Of a DNA stretch of 64,000 bases, positions 20,436 to 30,194 are shown in pieces (within the stretch, counting starts at the first letter, position 1; every line of letters begins with the position of its first letter). The stretch lies in the IMG/VR virus record IMGVR_UViG_3300043466_003163, positions 1 to 64,000 of that record, one strand, 5' to 3'. The notes under the pieces were generated by a model. The model saw only the letters and a program-made list of their open reading frames with translations. It did not search any database and had not been told where the DNA came from. Made by a program: the position numbers and the translations under genes. Source of the stretch: a virus.

Positions 20436-21199
20436 TGGAATTAATAACTGGGAATAAATTTAAAAGAATTTGTCATCATTCGTATGATGAATTTGGCTTT
20501 ACGTTACAATCGAACCCAATCGATGACGAACCATTAAAAGTGTTTGTTAAAATTGACTACGTTCATAACTTTTTTATTACCCCACCGTCAAGACCTTTTA
20601 TTTTAATAACTCACAATGGAGATTTACCAGTGGATAGTAATTATTTACAGTACATGGACAACCCAAATTTGTTAAAATGGTATGGTCAAAATATAATGAC
20701 AGTTCACCCAAAATTACAATCAATTCCAATAGGTATTGCAAATGAAAAATGGGATCACGGTAACGAATCAGTTTTTTTTGAGGTAATGAATCAAAATATT
20801 GAAAAGGAACGTTTGTTATACATTAATTTTGACGTTAATACAAATAGAAGTGAAAGAAATTATTGTTTGTCTGAATTAAACAAAAAAGGTTTAGAAATGA
20901 ATGTTAAACTACCGTTCAAACAATATTTAGAAGAAGTATCAAAAAGTTATTTTGTCGTCTCACCAAACGGTAACGGTGTTGATTGCCATAAAACGTGGGA
21001 GTCTTTGTATTTAAAAACGATACCAATAGTCACAAAATCTATTAATATTGACTATTATAAAAAATTACCTATAATTGTAATAGATAATTGGTTAAACTTT
21101 GATTTTAACATGTTTAATATTGATTTATATGAAAAAACATGGAAAAATTTTAATATAAATAATTTATGTTTTAAAAAACATGAAAAGTTAATAAAATAG
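20435..21199 (+). CDS. Exostosin/GT47-like glycosyltransferase
   Basis: SYFVVSPNGNGVDCHKTWESLYLKTIPIV. Confidence 0.7.
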   Translation: MELITGNKFKRICHHSYDEFGFTLQSNPIDDEPLKVFVKIDYVHNFFITPPSRPFILITHNGDLPVDSNYLQYMDNPNLLKWYGQNIMTVHPKLQSIPIGIANEKWDHGNESVFFEVMNQNIEKERLLYINFDVNTNRSERNYCLSELNKKGLEMNVKLPFKQYLEEVSKSYFVVSPNGNGVDCHKTWESLYLKTIPIVTKSINIDYYKKLPIIVIDNWLNFDFNMFNIDLYEKTWKNFNINNLCFKKHEKLIK

Positions 21200-21205
21200 T
21201 TTATA

Positions 21206-21850
21206 ATGATTAATTTGTATTATAATTATTATCGTTCAGATAACGAAAAAAGAATGAAAGAATTAGATTTTTGTTTGCTAAAAACAATAGAAAATAAATT
21301 TATAGACAATGTTTTTGTAATCATTTCTAAATCTGATTTACTTAACTTTAAATTAGATAATAAAAAAATAACTATTGTTGAAATAGAAAACAGACCAACG
21401 TATAACTTTGTAATCGAATTAATCAATAAAACAACAAATAATGAAGATATAAATGTTATCATAAATTCAGATTGCTTTATTGATGAATCAACAACAAATC
21501 TAATACAAAAAATAAACATTGATGAAATGTGGTGTATGAACAAATATGACATTATTGACGATTACTTTAATTTAAAATTTCATGGAGATTCATCCTCACA
21601 AGACTGTTGGATTTTTAAAGGATTTTCAAAAAAAATAGAAAACATAAACTTTAATTTTGGTACACCTGGTTGTGATAATAGGTTTGCACATGAATCTAAA
21701 TCTGCTGGTTATACTTTAAAAAACCCATCAATAGATATAAAAATATTACATTATCATTTAAGTCAAATAAGAACTTGTCCACATATTGATTGGGATAAGC
21801 ACAGAATAAATGGTGATTATGAATTTGTGACACCAGAAAAAATACTTTGA
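21206..21850 (+). CDS. Putative glycosyltransferase-like protein
   Basis: INSDCF, SQDCWIF, FGTPGCDNR, HYH; island context. Confidence 0.5.
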   Translation: MINLYYNYYRSDNEKRMKELDFCLLKTIENKFIDNVFVIISKSDLLNFKLDNKKITIVEIENRPTYNFVIELINKTTNNEDINVIINSDCFIDESTTNLIQKINIDEMWCMNKYDIIDDYFNLKFHGDSSSQDCWIFKGFSKKIENINFNFGTPGCDNRFAHESKSAGYTLKNPSIDIKILHYHLSQIRTCPHIDWDKHRINGDYEFVTPEKIL

Positions 21851-21857
21851 AAATAAC

Positions 21858-22502
21858 ATGAAAATTATTACATTTTATTCGGATTCTCATTATGAGATGT
21901 ATAATGATTATTTTTTATCTTCATACAATAAACATTTATCAGAACATAAATTAATAGCAAAAAAAATAGAACAGGTATCTCCAACTGGAGAATATGAATC
22001 TACTGGTTTTGACTATGCTATGCTTGAAAAAATAAATTTAATAATTGAAAATATTGATGTAAATGATGGAACCCCATTTGTTTATTCAGATTGCGACATA
22101 CAATTTTTTGGTAATATTGATGTTGATATGGGTGATAACGACATTTTATTTCAAAATGATTTTAATAGTTACTGTGCAGGTTTTTTTATTGCTAAACAAA
22201 GTAAAAAAGTTTTAGATTTTTTTATTGATGTTAAAGAAAGGTTTATCAAATCTATGAACGGTAAAATACATGATCAAGTTGTTATTAATCTTATGTTTTC
22301 AGAGGGATATAATAAGATAAAAAAAGACTTATTACCTAATAATAAATTTTGGACGGTTGCTTTTTTAACGAATGGTCATCATTGGAACGGACAAGATGTA
22401 AACGTTCCGAAAGAAATAGTGATGCATCATGCCAATTTTACTATTGGTGTTAAAAATAAACTTAACCTATTGAAATTAGTGAAAGAAAAAAATGGAAAAT
22501 AA
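21858..22502 (+). CDS. Nucleotide-diphospho-sugar transferase, GT77-like
   Basis: YSDCDIQFF, CAGFF, HDQVVIN, HHAN. Confidence 0.75.
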   Translation: MKIITFYSDSHYEMYNDYFLSSYNKHLSEHKLIAKKIEQVSPTGEYESTGFDYAMLEKINLIIENIDVNDGTPFVYSDCDIQFFGNIDVDMGDNDILFQNDFNSYCAGFFIAKQSKKVLDFFIDVKERFIKSMNGKIHDQVVINLMFSEGYNKIKKDLLPNNKFWTVAFLTNGHHWNGQDVNVPKEIVMHHANFTIGVKNKLNLLKLVKEKNGK

Positions 22503-23019
22503 AATATCTTTAGACACTGAAAGAATGAAAGGTTTTGGAAATTACATTGTTGATAATTTTGAAGTAAACTACTTATTTGGTTTGAATGACTTATGTGAAA
22601 AATATGTTAAAAAAAATTTTAAGATATTAGAACTTGGTTCAAACGAAGGTGTCAGCGCTAGACTATTTTCTTACTTTGCCGAAAAAGTTGTTTGTGTAGA
22701 TTTAAATAAAACTAAATCGATGGATGAAGCAGTATCGAAACATAATAATATCATTTTTTACCATACATCATTTAAAAATTTTTTAGAAAATGATAAAAAT
22801 AATGAATACGATTTAATTTACATTGATGGTGGTCATGATTTCAAAAATGTGAATGAAGACATAGAATTTTTTAAAAGTAAAGTAAAAAAGGGTGGATACA
22901 TATCTGGACACGATTGTAACTCAGAAACACCAGGCGTTAGATTAGCAATTGAAACCCATTTTCCAAATGAGGAAATAATCTTGTTTTCAGATAGCTCTTG
23001 GTTAATTAAAATAACATAA
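22492..23019 (+). CDS. Methyltransferase, Methyltransf_24-like
   Basis: ILELGSNEGVS, DLIYIDGGH, KGGYISGHD. Confidence 0.85.
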   Translation: MENKISLDTERMKGFGNYIVDNFEVNYLFGLNDLCEKYVKKNFKILELGSNEGVSARLFSYFAEKVVCVDLNKTKSMDEAVSKHNNIIFYHTSFKNFLENDKNNEYDLIYIDGGHDFKNVNEDIEFFKSKVKKGGYISGHDCNSETPGVRLAIETHFPNEEIILFSDSSWLIKIT

Positions 23020-23036
23020 TAATAAAAATAATAAAA

Positions 23037-23606
23037 ATGTACGGAACAGAAAACAAAAAACATTTAGGTGGTTATATAATAAACTTAACAGATCATGGAG
23101 ATCCTAATTCATATTCTACGGAAGTATGGGATTGGATGATTAATAACGGTATAAAATCGATAATAGATGTTGGTTGTGGGGAAGGGCATTCAACAAAATA
23201 TTTTTTAGATAGAGGTGTCGACGCTATAGGGGTAGAAGGGGGTGAAAACGCATATAACAACAGTCCTGTCAAAAATAATTTGGTGTTACATGATTACGTT
23301 GATGCTCCTTTTATACCAAAAAAAAAATATGATGCAGTTTGGTCTTGTGAATTTGTAGAACATGTTGAAGAAGTTTTTTCTGAAAACTTTTTAAAAACTT
23401 TCGATTTTGCCGATAAAATTTTTATGACACATGCGGTTGTTGGACAAGAAGGGTATCATCATGTAAATTGTCAGAACACAGAATATTGGATTGAAAAAAT
23501 AGAAAAAAGAGGTTATAAGTATAACAATGATTTATCTATATATTTAAGAACCTTGACTGATAAAATACATGTGAAAAACACATTATTAGTGTTTGAAAAA
23601 ATATGA
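23037..23606 (+). CDS. Class I SAM-dependent methyltransferase
   Basis: IIDVGCGEG, CEFVEHV, GQEGYHHVNCQ. Confidence 0.85.
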   Translation: MYGTENKKHLGGYIINLTDHGDPNSYSTEVWDWMINNGIKSIIDVGCGEGHSTKYFLDRGVDAIGVEGGENAYNNSPVKNNLVLHDYVDAPFIPKKKYDAVWSCEFVEHVEEVFSENFLKTFDFADKIFMTHAVVGQEGYHHVNCQNTEYWIEKIEKRGYKYNNDLSIYLRTLTDKIHVKNTLLVFEKI

Positions 23607-23607
23607 T

Positions 23608-24252
23608 ATGAAATTAGATGATTTTATTAACATAGTAAAACCATTCACTATGACATCAGTTGAAAGAATCACTGGATTATATTATTCGTTGGAACATATA
23701 AGAATAAATAAAATTGAAGGTGATTTTGTAGAATGTGGTGTTTGGAAAGGGGGAAATGTTTTGGGTATATTAGAATATTTAACCAAACACAATATGACAA
23801 AAAATAATGTTTGGTTATACGACACCTTTGAAGGTATGACAGATCCTGAAGATATTGATGTAGACTCAAGTGGTAAAAAGGGTGATATTAAATTAGAAGA
23901 AGTGTTATGTTATTCTTCATTAAAAGAAGTTAAAAATATTTTATCTGTTTCTAGTTATCCAAAAGATAAAATTAAATTTATAGAAGGAGATGTTTGTGAA
24001 ACATTAAAAACAAACGTAAACGTTCCGAAAAATATAAGTTTATTAAGATTAGACACTGATTGGTATAAATCAACAAAAAAAGAGTTAGAAGTATTATATC
24101 CACTATTGTCCTCAAAAGGAGTTCTAATTGTAGATGACTATGGACATTGGAAAGGTTCAAAAATGGCTGTTGACGAATATTTTAATAATCTTAATTTGGA
24201 TGTTGAAATACATAAACTTGACTATACTGGTATTAAAATAATTAAAGATTAA
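23608..24252 (+). CDS. TylF/MycF/NovP-type sugar O-methyltransferase
   Basis: GDFVECGVWKGG, YDTFEG, LRLDTDWY, LIVDDYGHW; start taken at ATG 23608. Confidence 0.9.
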   Translation: MKLDDFINIVKPFTMTSVERITGLYYSLEHIRINKIEGDFVECGVWKGGNVLGILEYLTKHNMTKNNVWLYDTFEGMTDPEDIDVDSSGKKGDIKLEEVLCYSSLKEVKNILSVSSYPKDKIKFIEGDVCETLKTNVNVPKNISLLRLDTDWYKSTKKELEVLYPLLSSKGVLIVDDYGHWKGSKMAVDEYFNNLNLDVEIHKLDYTGIKIIKD

Positions 24253-24259
24253 TAAAATT

Positions 24260-25024
24260 ATGGGTGTAAGTATTGATAATTGGTTTGGTAGATTAGGTAA
24301 TAATATTATACAACTAACCTCCGCTTTAAGCTTTTGTGAAAAGAATAAAACTAATTTAACAATACCAAAACATGATGTAATAACAAAAACAGAAATAGAT
24401 TTAAACGGTGAAAACAATTTAACGTACTCAAATTTATTTTGGGGTGATTATGTTTCAGATGATGAAAGACGAAAACTAGCTAAAAAATATATATTACCAA
24501 TACTTAAACACAAAAACATTAATTTAACAGACAAAGATTTAATAATACATCTTAGGGGTGGTGATATCTTTAGCCATAACCCACCTAAAAATTATGTGCA
24601 AGCCCCCATATCGTATGTTGAAAAAATAATACAAACAGAAAACCCAAAAAATATAATAATAGTTTATGAAGATTTTTCAAACCCAAGTGTTAATTATCTA
24701 ATAAATAATTATAAAAATATTGTTTTGGTTAATAATTTAATAGAAGGGATAAGTTATATTTTATCTGCAAAAAAAATAGTTATAACTGGAGTCGGAACAT
24801 TTGCTAGAAGTTTGGTAATGTGTTCTAACAATATTGAAAAAGTTTTCGTACCATCTTTTTTAAAAAAAGATAATAATAATGATAACACTCTTTATGATTA
24901 TGATTGTTGTGTTGATTATTCAGATTTAGAAATAATAAAAATTAATATACCAAACTACTTAACAACCAATAGCTGGGAATGGAATAATGAAATAAAAAAT
25001 TTATATGTAACACATAAATTATAA
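24260..25024 (+). CDS. GT11-like fucosyltransferase homolog
   Basis: GRLGNNIIQ, IIHLRGGD, GTF. Confidence 0.65.
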   Translation: MGVSIDNWFGRLGNNIIQLTSALSFCEKNKTNLTIPKHDVITKTEIDLNGENNLTYSNLFWGDYVSDDERRKLAKKYILPILKHKNINLTDKDLIIHLRGGDIFSHNPPKNYVQAPISYVEKIIQTENPKNIIIVYEDFSNPSVNYLINNYKNIVLVNNLIEGISYILSAKKIVITGVGTFARSLVMCSNNIEKVFVPSFLKKDNNNDNTLYDYDCCVDYSDLEIIKINIPNYLTTNSWEWNNEIKNLYVTHKL

Positions 25025-25055
25025 TAATTGATAACATTAAATTAAAAAATATATA

Positions 25056-26033
25056 ATGAAAAAAGCACTTATTACAGGAATTAATGGTCAAGATGGTTCC
25101 TACTTAGCCGAATTACTTTTAGATAAGGGATATGAGGTTTGGGGTACAGTAAAAAGAAATTCAGTATCAGAAACACAATCCAATAGAATAGATCATTTAA
25201 GGGACTTTAATAAAGTAAATTTAGAATACGCCGATTTGACTGATATGGCATCTTTAATTAGAGTACTATCTTTAGTTCAACCAGACGAAGTGTATAATTT
25301 AGCAGCACAATCACACGTAAGAATATCTTTTGATCAACCAATTTATACCGCAAATGCAACAGGATTAGGTACGTTAAATTTATTAGAAGCAGTTAGGATG
25401 GTTTCACCACATTCCAAAATTTATCAAGCATCTTCATCAGAGATGTTTGGTAACAATATTGATATTGACAGTTACCAAAGAGAAACTACCCCGATGAACC
25501 CTGTTTCTCCTTATGGTTGTGCCAAAGTATTTTCTTACAACATTTGTAAGAATTATAGAAATTCATACGGAATGAAAATTTGGAATGGTATTCTATTCAA
25601 TCACGAATCACCAAGAAGAGGGACAAATTTTGTAACTAACAAAGTTGTTAAAGCCGCTGTCAGAATCAAGTTAGGGTTACAAGATAAACTACATTTAGGA
25701 AATCTTGACGCAACAAGAGATTGGGGGCACGCAAAAGATTATGTTAAGGCAATGTGGATGATGCTACAAACAGATACACCTGATGATTACGTTTGTGCAA
25801 CAGGAATATCACATTCGGTTAAAGATTTATGTGAATACACATTTACAAAATTAAATTTAGATTTTAAAGAATTTGTTGTTGTAGATGAAAAACATTTCAG
25901 ACCTGAAGAACTGCATGATTTAAAAGGCGACTCATCAAAGTTAAGAAATGAATTAGGATGGAAACCTAATTATACTTTTGAGTCTATGTTAGATGAAATG
26001 ATAGAATATTGGTTGGATTATTATGGGAAATAA
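25056..26033 (+). CDS. gmd: GDP-mannose 4,6-dehydratase
   Basis: ALITGINGQDGSYLA, NLAAQSHV, SPYGCAK, ILFNHESPRRG, RDWGHAKDY. Confidence 0.97.
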   Translation: MKKALITGINGQDGSYLAELLLDKGYEVWGTVKRNSVSETQSNRIDHLRDFNKVNLEYADLTDMASLIRVLSLVQPDEVYNLAAQSHVRISFDQPIYTANATGLGTLNLLEAVRMVSPHSKIYQASSSEMFGNNIDIDSYQRETTPMNPVSPYGCAKVFSYNICKNYRNSYGMKIWNGILFNHESPRRGTNFVTNKVVKAAVRIKLGLQDKLHLGNLDATRDWGHAKDYVKAMWMMLQTDTPDDYVCATGISHSVKDLCEYTFTKLNLDFKEFVVVDEKHFRPEELHDLKGDSSKLRNELGWKPNYTFESMLDEMIEYWLDYYGK

Positions 26034-26934
26034 AATTTTAGTAACAGGTGGAAATGGTTTAGTTGGATCAGAATTTATAGGAGACAAATATTATAAACCC
26101 ACATCAAAAGAGTATAATCTAATCGATAAAGAAGAAACACACCATTTAATGTCTAAAAAGTTTTACGGTGTTATTCATTGTGCCGCTAAAGTAGGTGGAG
26201 TTGGTGCGAATTTGAATTATAAAGGAGATTTCTTTTATGATAATATAATGATGAATACAAATGTTATCAATGGAGCTAGATTATCTGGAGTTAAAAATTT
26301 AGTATGTTTTCTTTCTACATGTATATTTCCTGATAATATTGATTATCCATTAACTGAAAAAAAAATACATCTTGGTCCACCACATTTTTCTAATGATGCC
26401 TACGCCTACGCTAAAAGAATGGCGGATGTTCAAATAAAAGCATATTGGGAACAATATGGTTTGAATTATAAATCGGTAATACCTACAAATATTTATGGAC
26501 CAAATGATAACTATAGTTTAGATAATGGACATGTGATACCTTCATTAATACATAAATGTTATTTAGCTAGAGAAAATAAAACTGACTTTATCGTTTGGGG
26601 TAGTGGTAAACCTTTAAGAGAATTTATTTTTAGTAGGGATGTTGCCAAATTAACCGAATGGGTTTTAGAGAATTATAATGAAAATGAACCTATAATATTA
26701 TCAACCTCAGATGAAATATCTATAAAAGAAATAGTATCTATAATAGTAGAATTAATGAATTTTAAAGGTGATATTATTTTTGATGAATCAAAACCTGATG
26801 GGCAATATAGAAAACCTAGTGATAATTCTAAAATAAAGTCGTATTTACCTAATTTTAGTTTTACACCGTTATATGATGGATTAAAGGAAACTATTGAATA
26901 TTTTGAAAATAATTACGAAATTATTAGAAGATGA
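26023..26934 (+). CDS. fcl: GDP-L-fucose synthase
   Basis: GGNGLVG, AAKVGG, STCIFP, YAYAKR, PTNIYGPND, HVIPSLI, WGSGKPLREF, KPDG. Confidence 0.95.
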   Translation: MGNKILVTGGNGLVGSEFIGDKYYKPTSKEYNLIDKEETHHLMSKKFYGVIHCAAKVGGVGANLNYKGDFFYDNIMMNTNVINGARLSGVKNLVCFLSTCIFPDNIDYPLTEKKIHLGPPHFSNDAYAYAKRMADVQIKAYWEQYGLNYKSVIPTNIYGPNDNYSLDNGHVIPSLIHKCYLARENKTDFIVWGSGKPLREFIFSRDVAKLTEWVLENYNENEPIILSTSDEISIKEIVSIIVELMNFKGDIIFDESKPDGQYRKPSDNSKIKSYLPNFSFTPLYDGLKETIEYFENNYEIIRR

Positions 26935-26971
26935 TCTTTAATTTTTCATTATTAATTAATAAATTTAATGT

Positions 26972-27724
26972 ATGAGTAGAAGTAGAAGAAAAAATAAACA
27001 ACTTTCTGAAGAAGAAATTTTAGAAATGGAAGCGTTCCTTAATAGGAATAACATAGAAGAAGAGAAAGTTTTTAAAACAATCTCAATAAATGTAAAATCT
27101 AAAACAGAAAATCAAAAAAAATTAATAGATTCTATACGTAATAATGAGATAACTATTTGTAGTGGTTTACCAGGATCTGGAAAAACATTTTTATCTTGTG
27201 CAGAGGCATTAAGACTTGTTACTACACAAGAAAAATATAAAAGAATCGTTTTAGTTAAATCTATTACACCCTTAAAAAATGAAGAGATTGGGCATCTACC
27301 TGGTGATTTAAAAGAAAAAATGGCACCAATAATGGAATCTTTTACTGACAATATAAGAAAAATAATTGGTAAAAGTAGAATGGAGAAATTAATTGAATTG
27401 GGTGTTATTGAAATTGTCCCTATCGCTTTTGCTAGAGGTAGAAGTATAGACAGTTCAATAATCCTAATTGATGAAGCTCAAAATATTACATTGGATAACA
27501 TTAGAACGCTTATGACTAGAATAGGCGACAATTCCAAAATGGTTATTATGGGGGATGTTAAACAAAAAGATTTACGTAATAAAAAAGAAAGTTCTTTAGA
27601 GATTGTTTTAGAAAAATTTAAGGACGTTGAGGGATTTGGATGTGTTGAATTAAGGAATCCTGAAGATGTTGTTAGAAACCCTATAATAAAAATAATTGAG
27701 GAGATTTTTGAGGGATTAGAATAA
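26972..27724 (+). CDS. phoH: PhoH-family ATPase
   Basis: GLPGSGKT, IGHLPGDLKEK, RGRS, DEAQN, TRIG, GD..Q, RNP. Confidence 0.93.
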   Translation: MSRSRRKNKQLSEEEILEMEAFLNRNNIEEEKVFKTISINVKSKTENQKKLIDSIRNNEITICSGLPGSGKTFLSCAEALRLVTTQEKYKRIVLVKSITPLKNEEIGHLPGDLKEKMAPIMESFTDNIRKIIGKSRMEKLIELGVIEIVPIAFARGRSIDSSIILIDEAQNITLDNIRTLMTRIGDNSKMVIMGDVKQKDLRNKKESSLEIVLEKFKDVEGFGCVELRNPEDVVRNPIIKIIEEIFEGLE

Positions 27725-27741
27725 TAAAAATACATTAAACT

Positions 27742-27909
27742 ATGGAAAAGTTTATTTTAAAGACAAAGAATGGAGAAAAGATAAATATTACAGAACAGGA
27801 AGATTTAGATTTATCCATAGAATTTTTTGCTAAAATGAAAAAAATTAGTAAAAAAGAATTATTAAAAATTTATATCGTAGAAAAATATGAAAATAGGAAT
27901 ATCGATTGA
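27742..27909 (+). CDS. Small hypothetical protein, 55 aa; absent from the ORF track
   Basis: MEKFILKTKNGEKINITEQEDLDLSIEFFAKMKKISKKELLKIYIVEKYENRNID fills the phoH-HAD gap. Confidence 0.65.
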   Translation: MEKFILKTKNGEKINITEQEDLDLSIEFFAKMKKISKKELLKIYIVEKYENRNID

Positions 27910-28504
27910 TGGTGTTATTAGAGATTTTATAACAAAATTTGAATCTGTTTATGATAAATATCATCCGTTAGAAACTGAAGGGGGTGAAGAACCCCAAAAA
28001 AGAGAAATAAATAATTTAAATCTTTTAGAACATTTTGTTTTTACTGGTGGTACTGACGAATTAAATAAATTTCTTTATGTTGATGCGTCTTTAGAAATAT
28101 TTGGACATGCTGGAGAAACAAAATTAAATTCTGTAGAACATTTAAATCAATTACATAACATTATTGAGGATATGGGTCATACCCCAATAGTTATAAGTAA
28201 AGAATTAAATAATAGTAAACCTGCGACTTTATTCTTTTTATCTAAATTATCGTCCAAAGTTAATAATATAATATTTGTGAGAGATAATGAAAAGAAATGG
28301 GAACATGTCGATGTATTAATAACTGCAAATCCTGAATCTTTAGATAAAAAACCTGATGGTAAAATTTCTATTAAAGTTATTAATCATTATAATAAAGATT
28401 GTTCATCCGATTATACCATAATTGATTTAAAAGAGTTATTGGATGATAAAAAACTATTGGAAAAAATATTAAATACGGAAACTATAGAATTTGAGGATAT
28501 ATAA
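27887..28504 (+). CDS. 5'(3')-deoxyribonucleotidase (NT5C/HAD)-like protein with a degenerate motif I
   Basis: MKIGISIDGVIRDF, where the family has GxDxDGV. Confidence 0.6.
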   Translation: MKIGISIDGVIRDFITKFESVYDKYHPLETEGGEEPQKREINNLNLLEHFVFTGGTDELNKFLYVDASLEIFGHAGETKLNSVEHLNQLHNIIEDMGHTPIVISKELNNSKPATLFFLSKLSSKVNNIIFVRDNEKKWEHVDVLITANPESLDKKPDGKISIKVINHYNKDCSSDYTIIDLKELLDDKKLLEKILNTETIEFEDI

Positions 28505-28549
28505 TCTTTACTTATTCTTAAAATTAAATAAAATAATAAATAAAAGCTT

Positions 28550-28870
28550 ATGGATAATTTACTTTTAGAAATTGGTGGTAAAGAATTATATTTTGATATT
28601 GATAGACTTTCAGATGTAGTTAAGATAGAATCTAAAATTACCCCTAACCAACCCTTAACTGATTCAGAAGGTGAGGAAATTATGGACGAATCTTTATTAC
28701 AGATAGATATAACTAAATACGAAATGTATAGAGAAATGATATCAACTATTTTAAATTATAATGAAGAAATAGATGATAAATTAGGTTTTGTTGGTTTAAA
28801 TAAGACTAACGTACCTTTTAAAATAGCTTATAATACTTTACTTATGAAAGGTATTATTAAGGAATTATAA
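28550..28870 (+). CDS. Hypothetical protein
   Basis: 106-aa acidic ORF. Confidence 0.7.
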   Translation: MDNLLLEIGGKELYFDIDRLSDVVKIESKITPNQPLTDSEGEEIMDESLLQIDITKYEMYREMISTILNYNEEIDDKLGFVGLNKTNVPFKIAYNTLLMKGIIKEL

Positions 28871-28891
28871 TAATAAAATAAAAAAACTATT

Positions 28892-30007
28892 ATGAGTGAA
28901 CAATTAGAAAGAATTAAAGAGTCTATTGAAAAAATTAAAAACAAAGATTTTGGAATTTATTTTTTTACTATTGATACTAAAGGTAACCCAACCGCAGGTG
29001 TCGCAACAATTTATGAACATGTTAAAAAATTAAGAGAGTTAGGGTATAACGCTCAAATTTTACATGATAAAGACGATTACAAACTACGTGAAGATGAAAA
29101 TGGTATGGGTATTGCGGAATGGTTAGGTGAGGAATACGCAAATTTACCACACGTATCTATAGAATCGCAAAAACTACAAGTAAGTGCCTCTGATTTTGTA
29201 GTAATACCTGAAGCGTTTGCTAGTATTATGAAACAAACTGTTAATTTCCCTTGTAAAAGAATTGTATTTTTACAATCTTACGAATACATTTTTGAAATGT
29301 TAGAAATTGGTGAGGGTTGGGAGCAGTTTGGTATTAGAGATGTTATCACCACAAATGAAAATCTTAGTAAGTATGTAAACTCATTGTTTAGAGGTTTATC
29401 TACTGATGTTATACCTGTAGGGATTCCTTCCTATTTTGAGTATGATGGAAAACCAAAAATACCTACGGTATCTTTATCTGCTAGAGATAAAAGAGAATTG
29501 CTTAAAATAGTGAAAATATTTTACCAAAAATACCCACACTATAGATTTATCACTTTTAGAGATATGTCAGGATTACCTAGAAAACTATTTGCTAAAGATT
29601 TGAGTAAGTCTTTTTTAAGTGTTTGGATAGATGAATTATCTAGTTTTGGTACATTTCCATTAGAATCGATTAAAGTTAATACACCAGTTATTGGTAAAAT
29701 ACCTAGAATGGTTCCTGAATGGATGGGTACGGTTGATGAAACTGGTAACCTTATTTTAAATGATAATGGTGTTTGGACTGCCAATTTAAATGCAATTCCT
29801 GATATTATTGCAACTATGGTAGGTTTGTATTTAGAAGATGCATTACCTAAAAATATTTTAGATGGAATGGTAGAGTGGAAAGATAAATATTCTACTGAAG
29901 AATCAGATAAAATTTTGTCAGAAGTTTATGATAATATCTTTAAACGAAGAATTGTTGAATTAGAAGTTAGTTACCAACAATTATCTACTAAACAAGAAAT
30001 CGTATAA
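28892..30007 (+). CDS. GT-B (GT4-like) glycosyltransferase
   Basis: AGVATIYEH, VVIPE, SSFGTFPLES..TPVIG. Confidence 0.75.
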   Translation: MSEQLERIKESIEKIKNKDFGIYFFTIDTKGNPTAGVATIYEHVKKLRELGYNAQILHDKDDYKLREDENGMGIAEWLGEEYANLPHVSIESQKLQVSASDFVVIPEAFASIMKQTVNFPCKRIVFLQSYEYIFEMLEIGEGWEQFGIRDVITTNENLSKYVNSLFRGLSTDVIPVGIPSYFEYDGKPKIPTVSLSARDKRELLKIVKIFYQKYPHYRFITFRDMSGLPRKLFAKDLSKSFLSVWIDELSSFGTFPLESIKVNTPVIGKIPRMVPEWMGTVDETGNLILNDNGVWTANLNAIPDIIATMVGLYLEDALPKNILDGMVEWKDKYSTEESDKILSEVYDNIFKRRIVELEVSYQQLSTKQEIV

Positions 30008-30029
30008 TAATTTTTAAATTTAAATTAAG

Positions 30030-30167
30030 ATGTCTAAGATTCAAAGTGCCACATATTACGTAGGTAACGCTAGAAAAAAAAGAAAAGGTGTTCATGCAAA
30101 GACTAAAACTAGTAAAACTAAATCGAGTAAACTCTATAAGAAAAAATATAGAGGACAAGGTAAATAA
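30030..30167 (+). CDS. Small, highly basic peptide, 45 aa; absent from the ORF track
   Basis: MSKIQSATYYVGNARKKRKGVHAKTKTSKTKSSKLYKKKYRGQGK, co-oriented and filling the intergenic gap. Confidence 0.75.
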   Translation: MSKIQSATYYVGNARKKRKGVHAKTKTSKTKSSKLYKKKYRGQGK

Positions 30168-30194
30168 TAACATAAAAAATAATTAAAATTAAAT

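Noticed and set aside
20400-24700. Impression of higher CpG content marking a recently swapped sub-cassette
   Set aside because: Visual impression only; it needs a sliding-window dinucleotide and codon-usage calculation that I cannot run
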